From the NCBI RefSeq assembly GCF_006345805.1, contig NW_021832586.1:1-64000 (forward strand): a stretch of DNA of 64,000 nucleotides. The letters are read 5' to 3'. A program made the translations under genes and the position numbers. The notes under the pieces are model-generated. The model did not search any database. It had not been told where the DNA came from and worked only from the letters and a program-made list of their open reading frames with translations. Source of the DNA: Octopus sinensis (taxonomy: Eukaryota). Positions 1 to 13,000 of the stretch are shown here, in pieces (positions within the stretch are counted from its first letter, which is position 1; every line of letters begins with the position of its first letter).

Positions 1-140
1 TTAGGAACAAGGATTCCTGGGAGGGTTCTAAGCATTGAAAGGCTGCTGAAAACGTGTGGATACCTGAGGTTTCAGGCAGTAACTCAATACCCATATAAGT
101 CCTACCAAGAATAAGATGGAACCTGAGTCAAACCAGAATA
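1..140 (+). mobile_element. possible 3' end remnant of an R4/Dong-like element
   Basis: Translates LGTRIPGRVLSI, resembling the LGTARILRRVLS C-terminus seen in other copies here, and ends in an aataataat tail. Confidence 0.3.
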
Positions 141-214
141 ATAATCATAAGAGGTATAAATACCTGGGACAAAACAATACGATAATGGAAAGAGAAATGA
201 GAGAGAAAGTCACA

Positions 215-612
215 GGCGCAGGAGTGGCTGTGTGGTAAGTAGCTTGTTTACCAACCACATGGTTCCGGGTTCAGTCCCACTACGTGGCACCTTGGGCAAG
301 TGTCTTTTACTATAGCCTCGGACCGACCAAAGCCTTGTGAGTGGATTTGGTAGACGGAAACTGAAAGAAACCTGTCGTATATATGTATATATGCGTGTGT
401 GTGTTTGTGTGTCTGTGTTTGTCCCCCTAGCATTGCTTGACAACCGATGCTGGTGTGTTTATGTCCCCGTTACTTAGCGGTTCGGCAAAAGAGACCGATA
501 GAATAAGTACTGGGCTTACAAAAGAATAAGTTCCGGGGTAGAGTTGCTTGATTAAAGGCAGTGCTCCAGCATGGCCATAGCTAATAACTGAAACAAGTAA
601 AAGAGAAAAGAG
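215..612 (+). mobile_element. tRNA-derived CORE-type SINE (local family S1), full length
   Basis: A-box-like TGGCTGTGTGG, B-box-like GGTTCAGTCCC, CORE-like ccttgggcaagtgtc, internal TA/TG microsatellite, gtaaaagag tail; many copies in the window. Confidence 0.85.
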
Positions 613-629
613 TATATATATATATATTC

Positions 630-1623
630 TATTTTTGAATGATTTTGGAATCTCTTTATTTTTGTTGTTTTTTTCTAGTTAATTTTATTTAATTTTTGTT
701 TATTTTCAGATCATTAAAATGTAATGTCAAGTTAAGAAAAACGAGCAATTTCGAGACTTCCTTCATTCTGCTTTTAATCAAGGTTTAAAAGCTGCGGAAG
801 TTGCTAGCGACAATCGTGTTGTGTATGAAGAGGGTGCCATAGCTGAAAGAACCGCTTGTGATTGGCATGCCAAGTTCAAAAGTGGAAATTTTGACCTTAA
901 AGACACACCTCGTTCTGGCCGTCCAGCTGAGTTCAATGAAGGGCGATTAAACCAACTTTTGCACGAAAATTCTCGTCAAACGACAAGGGAAATAGCAGAG
1001 GAAATGGAATGCTCCCCACACTGCTATAGAGAAGCATCTTCACTCGATGGGAAAGGTTCAGAAGTATGGAGCATGAATTCCGCTTGCTTTAAGTGACAAC
1101 AACAAAAATCAACCTGCCACAATCTCCGCTGGTCTGCTTTCTCGTCGCCGCTCAACTCATGGACACAAGCAACGATTTCTTTACAGAATCGTTACTGGCG
1201 ACGAAAAATGGTGCTTGTACATCAATATGAAGCAGTGTAAGGAATGGCTTAGCCCCGGTAAACAAGCGACACCTCGCATGAAACAAGATCTTCATCCGCG
1301 TAAAACGATGTTGTGCGTATTGTGGGATTGGGAATTGCTGCTACACCCGTCGTACTCTCCTGATTTGGTACCAACGGATTTCAACATCTTTCGATCTCTT
1401 TCAAATGCTATGCGCGGAGTGAGAGCTTCGTTGTATCAATTTTTCGAGTCGAAATCGGATGATTTCTACGAACGAGGTACTGGAAATCGTGTTCAACGTT
1501 GGGAAGAAGTTGTAAACAACAAGGGTGGATACATTATTGATTAATTAGTTGTTATTTTTTATTAAACATTATAAAACTTTTAAATTAATAAAAAACGGCG
1601 GGAACTTAGTTGTCAACCTAATA
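630..1623 (+). mobile_element. mariner transposon relic, internally deleted
   Basis: Fragments WHAKFKSGNFDLKDTPRSGRP, DEKWCLY and YSPDLVPTDF; TIR-like right end aaaaacggcgggaacttagttgtcaacctaa; left TIR not seen. Confidence 0.85.
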
Positions 1624-1644
1624 ATATATGTGTGTGTGTGTGTG

Positions 1645-1846
1645 TTTGTGCTTCTGTGTTTGTCCTCCCACCATCGCTTGGCAACCGGTGTAGGTGTGTT
1701 TACGTCCCAGTGACCTAGGGATTCGGCAAAAGAAACCGATAGAATAAGTACTAGGCTTGTAAAAATAAGTCCTAGGGTCGATTTGTTCGACTAATGGCGG
1801 TGCTCCAGCATGGCTGCACTCAAATGACTGAAAGAAATAAAAGAAT
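1645..1846 (+). mobile_element. SINE S1 tail half
   Basis: Matches the S1 tail (ttcggcaaaagaaaccgatagaataagtact ... gtgctccagcatgg). Confidence 0.75.
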
Positions 1847-2231
1847 ATATATATGTATATATATATATATATATATACACACCCATACATGAAATCATTC
1901 CTATACATAATTTGGTATTATTTTTTCACAGTTACACATGCATTTGCTAATAGGAATTACAAATTTGCAAACGTCGGATAAACATTTAAGGAGTTTATTA
2001 TTATGCATTTTTTTATTATTTGATTCTCACTCACAAGAATTTTCAACAGGAGATTCCTTACATGATTATGCGACATTTATAATTTTGTAATTCTTATAAG
2101 TAAATGAAACATGTGTAATGGTGAAATAATAAAACCCAAGTTCATGTAAGTGAAAAATATAAAAAGAAGGAAAATGCACAGAAATTTCATATTAAACGAA
2201 ATATATACATTTTCATAAATACTAATCTGTA

Positions 2232-2662
2232 TCTCAGCCACATGACTCCAGGTTCCGTCCCACTGAGTAGCATCTTGAGCAAGTATCTTCTACTATAGCC
2301 TGTAGGCGCAAGTGTGGCTGCGTGGTAAGAAGTTCACTGCCTAAACACTGTGTGGGACGTTGGGCAAGTATCCTCTGTTATAACCTCGGGCCGAAAAGAT
2401 GCTAGTGAGTTGATTTGGCAGAGAGAAACTGAAAAAAATCATGTCATATATTTGTTTGTGTATGTGTGTGTGGTGTTTGTCTCTATGTTTATTGCATCAC
2501 CTACCACTTGACAACCAGTCTTAGTGCGTTTACGGCCTCCTATTCTAACAGTTCGGCAAATATGATCGATAGAATAATTCCAGGCTTTAAAAAATAAGTA
2601 TTTGGGTCGGTTCAGGGCAGTGCCCCAGGTTGGCTGCATTTTAATGATTGAAACAAAACATA
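2232..2662 (+). mobile_element. diverged SINE S1 copies
   Basis: Partial head, then a second head ggcgcaagtgtggctgcgtgg, then a tail. Confidence 0.7.
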
Positions 2663-2669
2663 TGTGTAT

Positions 2670-2740
<71 letters not shown>

Positions 2741-2771
2741 ATATATATATATATATATTTTATATATATAT

Positions 2772-2814
<43 letters not shown>

Positions 2815-2870
2815 TATATATATATATTATATAATATATATATATTATATAATGTGTGTGTATATATGAC

Positions 2871-3090
2871 GTCGCGTGGCTTAGTGGTTAGGGTTATTCG
2901 GCGTACAATCACAAGGTCGTGATTTCGATTCCTTTTACGCGTTGTGTCCTTGTTCAAGACACTTTATTTTACGTTGCTCCAGTCCACTCAGCTGGCAAAA
3001 ATGAGTAGTACCTGCATTTCAAGGTGCCAACCTTGTCACGCTGAATATTACTGAGAACTACATTAAGGGTGCACGTGTCTGTGGAGTGTT
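2871..3090 (+). mobile_element. tRNA-derived SINE (local family S3)
   Basis: gcgtggcttagtggttaggg ... ttcgattcc head; gttgctccagtccactcagctggcaaaaatgagt body shared with 18431-19130. Confidence 0.7.
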
Positions 3091-3121
3091 AAATGTATAT
3101 ACTTTACGGAACTTGAGGCAG

Positions 3122-3535
3122 TTCAGCTGTGCTACACCAGGAAGTCTGCATCCATGGAACAGGTGAGCTACTGGAAAAAGACTGAAAGAGCTATGGCTCA
3201 ACTCTCTAGAGCAAAAACGCGAGTGGTATGCACTGTTATACGTATGTAATATCCTGGAGGGGATGGCACCAGACTTTTGGCATCAAGGGCTATACTCATT
3301 CACGAACTGCCCGTTACTGCACTGTTCCAAAGATTCCAGTTATTCCGTATAGATGATGAACATGTACTACAGCAACTTGGCATTCAAGGGCCCACAGCTA
3401 TTTAATGCCTTGTCAAAACATCTGAGGGATCTTCATGCAGTAGGGCTACATGTTTTCAAGAAACAACTTGACCTCCTACTATCCAAGGTCCCAGGTGAAC
3501 AGCAGTGTCGAACCCCCTCCTTCATCAAAAGCTAG
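3122..3535 (+). mobile_element. CR1-clade LINE ORF2 C-terminal fragment
   Basis: Frameshifted SYW.RLKELWLNSLEQKRE and FKGPQLFNALSKHLRDL...FKKQLDLLLSKVP, typical of the CR1 ORF2 end. Confidence 0.7.
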
Positions 3536-4343
3536 TCGCTTAAGAATGGCCATTGAAAAGATGATTGCATTGTCGGTGCTCCAGCATGGTCACCGCCTTT
3601 GAGCTGAAACATAAAAGAATAAAGAATGCATATACATATATTTATGTGTGTATATATGTATTATATATATACACACACACACATATATATATACACATAT
3701 AAATATACATATGCACACACATATATATATATAGAGAGAGAGAAAGAGAGGGGAGAGAGAGACACGCAGACAGGCTGACAGACAGACAGCTGTGTGTATA
3801 TACATTATTTTTACATATTGCTGTTATATTTAATAGCATACTTACCTATATGTTTACGCAGCATAAAACTAACATATTTCTCTGTTGACATAACTCCTAA
3901 GCACATATGAATAGTATTCAGCTTGACAAACCGACATCTTTTTTAAGTATCGTTGTAACCGCTAATGGTATAATAGCTAAAGAATAGTTAATATGCTATG
4001 TTAACCTGCCATAAATCATAGCCAAATCTGGCTAACATTGCACCAATTACATTCTTACAAAGAACGATGGGCGGAATTCTGGTTTAAGTATCCCATATAA
4101 CCCCTCTGACATTTCGGTGTTTGAAATTTTCAGAAAAATTATGCAAATTTGTGTTCTACACATAGGAATTCATATGATTATGAAAATAATTTTTTTTATG
4201 AAATCCATACTGTCCCGACATATACCTTCATTATTCTGCACCTCCCCCTTGTGAATAGGATATCTTAACCGATATCTACATGAAAATGCTTAAAAGTTTT
4301 CTCATGCATGTGTAAACATTTCAAGGCCTGTTCAAGTGTAATA

Positions 4344-4754
4344 CTCTCTCTTTTACTCTTTTACTTGTTTCAGTCATCTGACTGCGGCCATGCTGGAGCA
4401 ACGACTTTAGTCGAGCAAATCGACTCCGGGACTTATTCTTTATAAGCCCAGTACTTTTCCTATCGGTCTCTTTTGCCGAACCGCTATGTAACAGGGACAT
4501 AAACACACTAGCATCGGTTGTCAAGCAATGCTAGAGGGACAAACAATGACACACAGACATACACGCACACACACACATATATACATATATACGACGGGCT
4601 TCTTTCAGTCTCCGTCTACCAAATCCACTCACAAGGCATTGGTCGGCCAGAGGCTATAGTAGAAGACACTTGCCCAAGATGCCACGCAGTGGGACTGAAC
4701 CCGGAACCATGTGGTTGGTAAGCAAGCTACTTACCACACAGCCACGCTTGCGCC
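4344..4754 (-). mobile_element. SINE S1, full length
   Basis: Reverse complement of the 215-612 family. Confidence 0.85.
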
Positions 4755-4769
4755 TATAATGTTTAGTAA

Positions 4770-4900
4770 TTTATGTGGAAGAGGTGAAGAAAAAGCGAAG
4801 GCGCATGAGTTCCAGCACTGCTTCCGACAGTGGAAAAAGCGTTGGGGCCAATGCATTGCTTCAGATGGAGAATACTCTGAATTCAAAGTTTAAACATGTA
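4770..4900 (+). mobile_element. mariner transposase C-terminal scrap
   Basis: EFQHCFRQWKKRWGQCIASDGEYSE. Confidence 0.65.
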
Positions 4901-4932
4901 AAACTAAATATATATCAAACAATTAAAAAGAA

Positions 4933-5240
4933 TACGGAAACAGGTACATCATCAAAGTTTTTTCTTTTTTTTAATTTTACAGTACATTTTTTCCATGCAC
5001 AAATTATCTTTTTCCTCCTTTTCTAAACGGAATAGCTGTACAAATTTTATCGCTTCGAACCACATTTGCTGAAGGACCCAGAATAATGGTGCACAGAAGG
5101 ATATGTTGGGTTGCATGTGCAACTGCATTTACAAATCTGTACGGAAGAAAGACATGTTGATCATTATAACTAAATAATTATACTGTACGACCAACAGTAA
5201 AATTAAAAAATAAAACTTTGATGATGTACCTGTCTCTGTA
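4933..5240. mobile_element. MITE with ~45-bp TIRs and TA ends (Tc1/mariner type)
   Basis: tacggaaacaggtacatcatcaaagtttt...aattttac is inverted at 5197-5240. Confidence 0.75.
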
Positions 5241-6954
5241 TAAATTTTTAGTGCCAAACACTAAAAATTAATATAAACAGCCAGGCGGAATGTGATACCA
5301 TAAACGAAAAATTTTATCGGCATTAAGTGTAAGGACGCCGAAGCACATACATTGTGAGAAATAAGAGTTAAAATAATCTTAATTATGTAGGAAAAGCGCA
5401 TGCTAACATGTAAATCCACAAGTATAATTGTGGATTTTTTACTACTAAATATGTTTTTACTACTAAATATGTTACTATATTTATTTTAGTCGTGTTTGCA
5501 TATGTCGGTATGTATGTAGTTATGTTTTATATCAGTACGTATGCACATGTCTTATTGTATCTTTTATGCATCTGAGAAATCTAACTTTCTATAAATTTAT
5601 TAAATAATAGAAATAATAAATCTCTGAACGAGGTATAAACAGTAACTGCACGATACTTGCCATCTCAATATGGCTAACCACTAAGGGTGGGTGTTACTGT
5701 AGCTTGTGGCCCCAGGAGAGCATCGTCTCCAGCTGGCTTTAGGCACACTTTTTGTGCCCTTATGGTATTTGCAAATGGAGGTCACCCTTCCCTCGTCAAC
5801 CTAAGTGATACGCACGGACTGCAGTTTCTAGGTTTTGACCTGTCATCAGCGTACGACAATCACCGGTTTTCGATGAAAGGAGGTCTCAATGCAAATCCTT
5901 ATATCGTTTTTCCAGTAACTTTTCGTCACTGATCTCGAAAAACTCTGCAAGCAATAATAATTGTATGACTTTGAATCACTTTAACAATTCATAAGAATGA
6001 CTTTTATTCCTCTTAATTCTACCTCAGTTCATCTAATTGTATATATTTATCGTTACTTTTCATACAAGAGCAGTGTTCACTTATTACTCTGCTCAAAATA
6101 GGCTCTGTAATATCGGTCGAATCAATTATTCTTTTTTGCCAAATGTACTTTGAGAACATTGCAGCGGTACCTTTGTGACAATTTTTACAAAGTCTTTACT
6201 GTGGAATAGTCGATTTTAAGCGTGTTTAAATGTTTTGTGCTATGCCGATGAAAAACAGAGTGTCTGCAGTCTTATTCCGACAGTACAGTTATCTTCATAT
6301 TGCATTGTATTCATGGATTCTGTGGTTATACAACGAAAAGAAATTCTTATAGATGTGATTAAGGGAATTTTTTTGCTTATATTTTTCTTGTCAAATATTT
6401 TTCCCTCTCGAATGAATTATGAAGTTCCTTTACTTCATAATTTATTTTGTTGATTAAGAAAAGAAGTATATGAATGGTGGTGTGAATCAGATTAATATTT
6501 CACTTTTGTAGTTCTTTTTGTTGTTAATTGTTGTAAATAGTTTATACTCCTTCGTGCTTCTGAAGCATCTGTGCGCGGGAGCTTAGTTGTGCTTCTCATT
6601 CTGTGAAAAGCTGCTTCATCTAACTAGAGACTGCTTATGCTATTACTTTTTGCTGTGGATGCCCGCTAACTTTCGTTAGAAGTTGTAATCTGAATATGTA
6701 CAGAAATTAATAGCTACAAAGCTAGGATTAAGTTGACATTTGGTTTAGCCTTATATCTAGAATGTTTATAGAATTTACTTTATATTGTAATATTTAAGTT
6801 AAAGTTTTTGTTTCTTTGAAATCATTTCTATGAAATGCACAACAGTAAAAACGTAATTGTCATAGCTGTAAGTCCTTTCGTCATATATGTTCTTGATATG
6901 GGATCTTCGGGGTTAAACGATATAAGTTCATAGATTGGGTTACAAAATAGTCAT

Positions 6955-7670
6955 GCAAAGACCTACGAGAAGACAAAAGCAGGTGCGTTGGCATTTGACG
7001 GAGTAACGGAATTCTTTCAATTACCAGCTAGGGTGCTACAAGGAGACACGCTTGCACCTTACCTGTTTGCAATTGTATTGGATTATGCAATGTGGCAGGC
7101 TATGGGCAACAGTGACGAAGTCCTTGGCTGGTTTCATCATTGACCAACGAACTTCGCAGATGAGGCAGCACTCATATCTGAGTAGTTCAAGCACAACAGT
7201 TCCTCAGAAGAGTAGAAACTCCAGCTGCCAAATTTGGACTATATACAAGAGTCAAGAAAACGGAATACATGTTTTACAACCTATCGGGAGCTGTTAAATT
7301 GTTTTAGCGGTTCCATATTGAATGCTGCAAATGGCCTTAAATGTGAAATGGTAGCAACATATGACACGAATATTTTATCATATCTTTGACCTGCCAAAAG
7401 TTAGCAGAAAGATCAAACAAAAACAAATGCGAATATTTCGTGCGCTATCTCGGCTAGAAGCATCCAAATTCATCTTGTGGAATCCATTTCATGATGATGT
7501 AAGAAGAGGAAAACGTCGCCACATTTACGTTGACAACTTGATTGCATTTACTAGCCTGGAATGTACCCAGAACCACGAAGAAATAATGTTGCTGTTGGAC
7601 CGTGAATGGTAGCGGGTAAAGTTTGTTGCTGCAGCCCGGATTGGAACCCGACTGTAATAAATAATAATAA
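6955..7670 (+). mobile_element. RTE-clade LINE relic (RT fragment plus 3' end)
   Basis: FDGVTEFFQLPARVLQGDTLAPYLFAIVLDYAM; ASKFILWNP...RRGKRRHIYVDNL...LLDREW; short aat tail. Confidence 0.75.
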
Positions 7671-7870
7671 TCCTTAAAGAAACTATTGACAAGTTTTACA
7701 CAAACTATCGTGCTGACAAAAAATATTAATTAATTACTTTTATTCTAGATATAAAATACGCATGAGTAAAAACGTAATTGTTATAGTTGTAAGGTCTTTC
7801 GTCATGGATCTACTTGATGTGGGATCTTTGAGGTTAAACAATGACAAACTTAGTGAGTGGGTTACAAAAC

Positions 7871-7930
7871 TTCGGCTTTGAGCAGCTCCCGGCGAACAGT
7901 TTTTGTGAAAAGCGGGTTCTCGATGTGGTA
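7871..7930 (-). mobile_element. Tc1 scrap
   Basis: Close match to 16589-16646 (ttcggctttgagcagctcccggcgaacagttttt). Confidence 0.6.
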
Positions 7931-8099
7931 CAATGTTTTAAATTTGAGGAAGCGGGAGGTAGCAACTATCTCAGAAAATTGTCATCTACAGGCTAAATCA
8001 GTGTTTGCCAACCTTGTTCCCCACCCCCAGGTCCCACAATTACTTACTAGAAAAACCTATGCCCCACAGGTGGTTGAAAAAATGAAACTTTATTTTGAA

Positions 8100-8185
8100 G
8101 ACGACGAGCTGGCAGAATCGTTAGCACACCGGACAAAGTGCTTAGCCGTATTTACTCCATCTGCACGTTGTTAGTTCAAATTCAT
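8100..8185 (+). mobile_element. SINE S2 head
   Basis: gagctggcagaatcgttagca ... gttcaaattc. Confidence 0.6.
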
Positions 8186-8807
8186 TGGTAATCACTGGAT
8201 TAATAAACTACTTTTTGTAAGCTCAAATACACTACAAACTTAATGTCAAACAAGGCACTTAATTTTCCTTTCTTCATTGTGGAAGAAATAGTTAACTATT
8301 TAAGTTTGTACATATCTGGTTCTGTCAATCAAACTGTCTTTAAAAGATAGGACACATCAGATAATGTGATCCTATGTACATGACATAGAAGTAGAAGATA
8401 GAAATCTCAGAGCCAGAGCAGTTTTCCTCACGAAACTAACCAACAAAGAAATGTAGTCCTGAATATGTTTGAATAAAATCTGGGATTGTTACGGCTGAAA
8501 CAGCTTTCATCATATGTCTGTTGAATCAGGATTGGTGTAGGCTTAAAAACAGCAATAATAATACTGAATCAAGCGGAAATTTTTCGTTGCTATTCCATCT
8601 GCTAGAAAATGCAGCCAAATTTCCCTTAATCACATATTACTATTTTGGGAAAGGACTGGTTCAGTAACGTAGTTCTAGATATATTCTTAAATTGATTATC
8701 GTTTATCAGTTATCATAAATCTAAACAAACTTCGATTGAACTGGGACTAAACGACAACAGTTGCAATTTAATGAAAATAACAATAACAAGAGCAGCAGCA
8801 ACGATCC

Positions 8808-9470
8808 CTTCTACTATACGTACAAGGCCTGAAACTTTGGGGCAGGGGATAAGTCGATTACATTGACCCCAGTGCTCAAATGGTACATATTCATCAACCC
8901 CGAAATGATGAAAGGGAAAGTCGGCCTCAACGGAATTTGAACTCAGACTGTGAAGACTGACAAAATGCCGCAGAACATTTTACTCAGTGTGCTAATGTTT
9001 CTGTCGGCTCGCCGCCTATTGATAATGATAATATTAATACTTTCTACTATAGGCACAAGGACTGACATTTTCGGAGTAAAGAATAAGTCGATTAAATTGT
9101 ACCCAGTGCTCAACTGATACTTTTTTTATCGACCCCAAAAGGATGAAAGACAAACCTGATCTCAGTGGAATTTGATCCCAGAACGTAAACACGGACGAAA
9201 TGTCGCTAAGCATTTTTCTCGGCGTGCTAACGATTCTGACAGCTCGCCGCCTTCCTTACCTTAAATATTGACATAAGTCCAGCAAGTTCGGGTGATGGAT
9301 TAAGTCGATTACATCGACCCCAATATTCCACCGGTAATTATGTTATCGACCCCGAAAGAATAGAAGACAAAAGTCGACTTCGGTGGAATTTGAACTAAGA
9401 ACGTAAAGACGTTCGAAATGCCGCTAAGCATTCTGCCCGGCGGGCTAACGATTCTGTCAGCTCGCCGCCT
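8808..9470 (-). mobile_element. three tandem tRNA-derived SINE S2 copies
   Basis: Three co-oriented copies of ggcggcgagctggcagaatcgttagc...gagttcaaattcc...tttcatcctttcggggtcgat. Confidence 0.8.
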
Positions 9471-9920
9471 TAAATCTATATTAAACAAACAACACAATAA
9501 CTATACTTGAAACGACAGATATTTCGTCATAAATGAGATTATCATATTTATGATATATTATACGATAACTGTTGGCTCATAAATACAACGACGTGTGTAT
9601 GTGTTTTTCTAATCATATTGACACGTGTGTGCAGAGAACGTAAGTGTTGACACGTGAACGCGTGTTCAACGATTGTTGTGGTAAATAAATAGCTGTAAAT
9701 TGCTTGATGTGCAGTCAGTCGGGTGTAACCGATCAAAATTGTTGATTATACCGTCCACATTGAGGTTTTTGTACCTGTAGTATTTTAGTTATATTTCTAT
9801 TACACTTTTGTATTTGATTCTCCAGGGAAAATACGAGGTTATAGTTAAAGTGAGGAGCAGCGTGTGTATGTGTGTATATATATATATTGCCTTCAGTTCG
9901 TTTTATTATTATTATTATTA

Positions 9921-9966
<46 letters not shown>

Positions 9967-10003
9967 TTATTATTATATTATTATTATTATTATTATTATT
10001 ATT

Positions 10004-12382
10004 CTATGTTTGACTTTTGCTTTATATTTGTACAAGTTGGCTCCAAGTCTCACCCAGAGACCTCAAGAGACAACAGGGTTGGAAGTTCATGTTGTTGTTA
10101 TGCCTAGTGTGCCATATATTTGGGGGTGGGGATGTTGTACTAATGAATGTCTAAAAAAAAAAAAAAAGTTTTTTTTTTTTAACCGAAAATTATGTTTGTT
10201 TTAAACCTTGAGATTACATAGAGAGTATTTTGCGTAGGATATGAGCAGTTCCCATGAGCACTATCCTTTGAACTTCTGCCATTTTTGGGTTTCCTGGTAT
10301 CTGAGTTAGGTAGCTATCAGCCCCTTTTGCTATCATTCCCAGGGCACCTATGACAACGTATTGTTTTAGTCTTCAGCTTCCACATTTTGCTGATTTCTAT
10401 TTCAAGATCTTTATATTTGCTCAGTTTTTGGTAGGTCTTGACAGATACGTTTATATCGATTGGGACAGTCATATCAATGAGGAGGCATGTTCTTTGTTTG
10501 AAGTCTTTCAATATGATGTCTGGCCTATTTGCATCTATCTTCCTGTCAGTTTGAATGGTGAAGTTCCAGAGGAGTGAGATGTGGTCATTTTCAAGCACTG
10601 GGGGTGGATTGTGTTCCCACCAGTTTTTTTCATGGGGCAAATCCAAGTTTTTACAGATTACCCAGTGAATATATTGTGCAGCTCTATCGTGCCTGTTGAG
10701 ATACTCTGTAGGCGCTAGAAGACTGCACTTGGAGACCACATGGTCAATGGTTTCATTTTGTTGCTTGCATACACGACACGTTGGACTGCTTCTGATCTTT
10801 AATATGTTGGCCTGGTAGTTTCTTGTTGGTAGGCATTGATCTTGAGCTGCTATGATAAACCCTTCTGTCTCAGATTTTAAGCCAGAGGCCATTAGCCATT
10901 GATGGGTCAGGGCTTTGTCGATATCTGCGTTATTCGCTCTCTTTGGGTATTTGCCATAGAGAGGTTTTTCTTGCCATTTATTATTCAGAATATCTAAGGC
11001 CGCAGTTTTGGCACGGGTTTTCATGCGCCTAGCTTTTTCTGTACTTGTTTCTTGTATGTCTATCTCTAATTCCGAAATTGGTTGTATTCGGAATTCACTT
11101 AGATATTCCTTTGCCTGTTTTGTGACTGAGTATGATGCTTTCTTGTTTTCATGTTTTGAGACAAGTTTTAACATCCAGTCCTCAGAGTTTTTCAGGTAGG
11201 TGTCTAGGCCAATTGTAGCAATCTTCATTGTTATTGCCAGTTGTAAAAGTCCACGGCCTCTCTCTTTTCTTGTCAGATAAAGTCGTTCTGTATCTGCTTT
11301 AGGGCGGTGCATTCTATGCATTGTCAACAGTTTCCTTATTTTTCTGTCGAGCTGACATATTTCAGTAATTGACCAGTTAACAATATTGAAACTGTAAGTC
11401 ACGACTGGTATAGCTAATGCATTGATCGCTTCGATCCTGTTTCTTGCATTCAGCTCTGTCTTGAGTATTGCTCTCACTCTTCGATAGCATTCTCTCCTGA
11501 TCCTTTCCTTCATCTCTGAATGCCTTATTCCGTTCCCTTCAATTACCCCCAGGTACATGTAGCTCTCCGCTGGGTCTAGTTCTTTTATGACATTCTGTTG
11601 GTCAAGGTTAACGTTAGATGTTTCTGTCATTTTTCCTTTGATAAAGGTAGCCTTTGCACATTTATCGAGGCCGAATTGCATTCTGATGTCGTCACTGAAT
11701 TGTTTGACTATCGCTAGTAAGCCCTTGAGTTGTTGATCATTTTTTGCAAAAAGCTTTAGATCATCCATGTAAACGAGATGATTTATATTTTTATCAAACA
11801 TTTTATATCCGTACTGCGCGTCATTGAGCAGCTTTGAGAGAGGTATTAAGGATAAACAAAAGAGGAGTTGTGACAGTGAGTCACCCTGGAAAATTCCACA
11901 CGAAATTTTTACATCACCAGCATTTAGGGATTCATTGTCACTGTTCAGAGTTAGTGTGGTTCTCCACGATCTCATACTTACAGTCAAGAAGTTTCGCAGA
12001 GTTGGTGCTACCTTATACATTTCAAGGCATTTCCTAATCCAGCTATGTGGTAGGCTATCAAAAGCGTTTTTATAGTTTATCCAGGCTATTGATAAGTTTT
12101 TGTGTCGTTTGTGACAATCTTCTAAGATCATCTTATTGATGAGTAGTTGGTCTTTACAGCCGTAGGATCCACGTTTACATCCTTTCTGTTCATTAGGGAA
12201 TATGCTGCTGTCTGTTAAATAACTATAGGTATATTCCGTCAGGACAGATGTTAGTGTTTTGTACATAGTTGTTAAGCAGGTTATGGGTCTATAGTTTTTT
12301 GGTTCATTTGTTTCTTCACTTTTTGGAAGCAGGAATGTTAACCCATTAACTAGCCAAGGAGGCATCCTACTAGGCATCCTAC

Positions 12383-12383
<1 letters not shown>
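10004..12383 (-). mobile_element. R4/Dong-like non-LTR retrotransposon family A, 5'-truncated, near-intact RT-REL ORF
   Basis: Intact 3' end with (AAT)n tail; (AAT)n also at the 5' junction; RT and REL motifs present. Confidence 0.92.
10214..12365 (-). pseudogene. RT + CCHC zinc finger + PD-(D/E)xK restriction-like endonuclease ORF (one frameshift near 10355)
   Basis: NYRPITCL, KNAFDSLPH, GIFQGDSLS, YMDD, CRVC..ETIDHVVSKC, RHD, RPDI..IDMTVP, KYKDL; natural stop ILRKILSM* at 10214. Confidence 0.9.
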
Positions 12384-12468
<85 letters not shown>

Positions 12469-12516
12469 GTTGTTATTATTATTATTATTATCATTATTAT
12501 TATTATTATTATTATT

Positions 12517-12882
12517 CTGTTTGACTTTTGCTTTATATTTGTACAAGTTGGCTCCAAGTCTCACCCAGAGACCTCAAGAGACAACAGGGTTGGAAGTTCA
12601 TGTTGTTGTTATGCCTAGTGTGCCATATATTTGGGGGGTGGGGATGTTGTACTAATGAATGTCTAAAAAAAAAAGTTTTTTTTTTTTTTTTTTTTTTAAA
12701 CCGAAAATTATGGTTGTTTTAAACCTTGAGGTTACATAGAGAGTATTTTGCGTAGGATATGAGCAGTTCCCATGAGCACTATCTTTTGAACTTCTGCCAT
12801 TTTTGGGTTTCCTGGTATCTGAGTTAGGTAGCTATCAGCCCCTTTTGCTATCATTCCCAGGGCACCTATGACAACAGGTATT
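12517..12882 (-). mobile_element. family A short 5'-truncated copy, head-to-tail with the long copy
   Basis: Near-identical to 10004-10365; flanked by (ATT)n on both sides. Confidence 0.9.
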
Positions 12883-12953
12883 ATTATTAATATTGTTATT
12901 ATTATTATCATTATTATTATTATTATTATTATCATTATTATTATTATTATTAA

Positions 12954-13000
<47 letters not shown>

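Noticed and set aside
215-290. tRNA genes at SINE heads (S1, S2, S3)
   Set aside because: A/B-box-like motifs only; no full cloverleaf, and each continues into a SINE body.
5640-5940. GC-richer island with an 81-aa ORF
   Set aside because: No recognisable motif; probably part of an unclassified repeat, so no call is supportable.
12383-12557. N-terminal ~60 aa of the 746-aa ORF in the track
   Set aside because: It comes from the upstream copy's 3' UTR plus the AAT tract; the element-derived ORF starts at about 12377.
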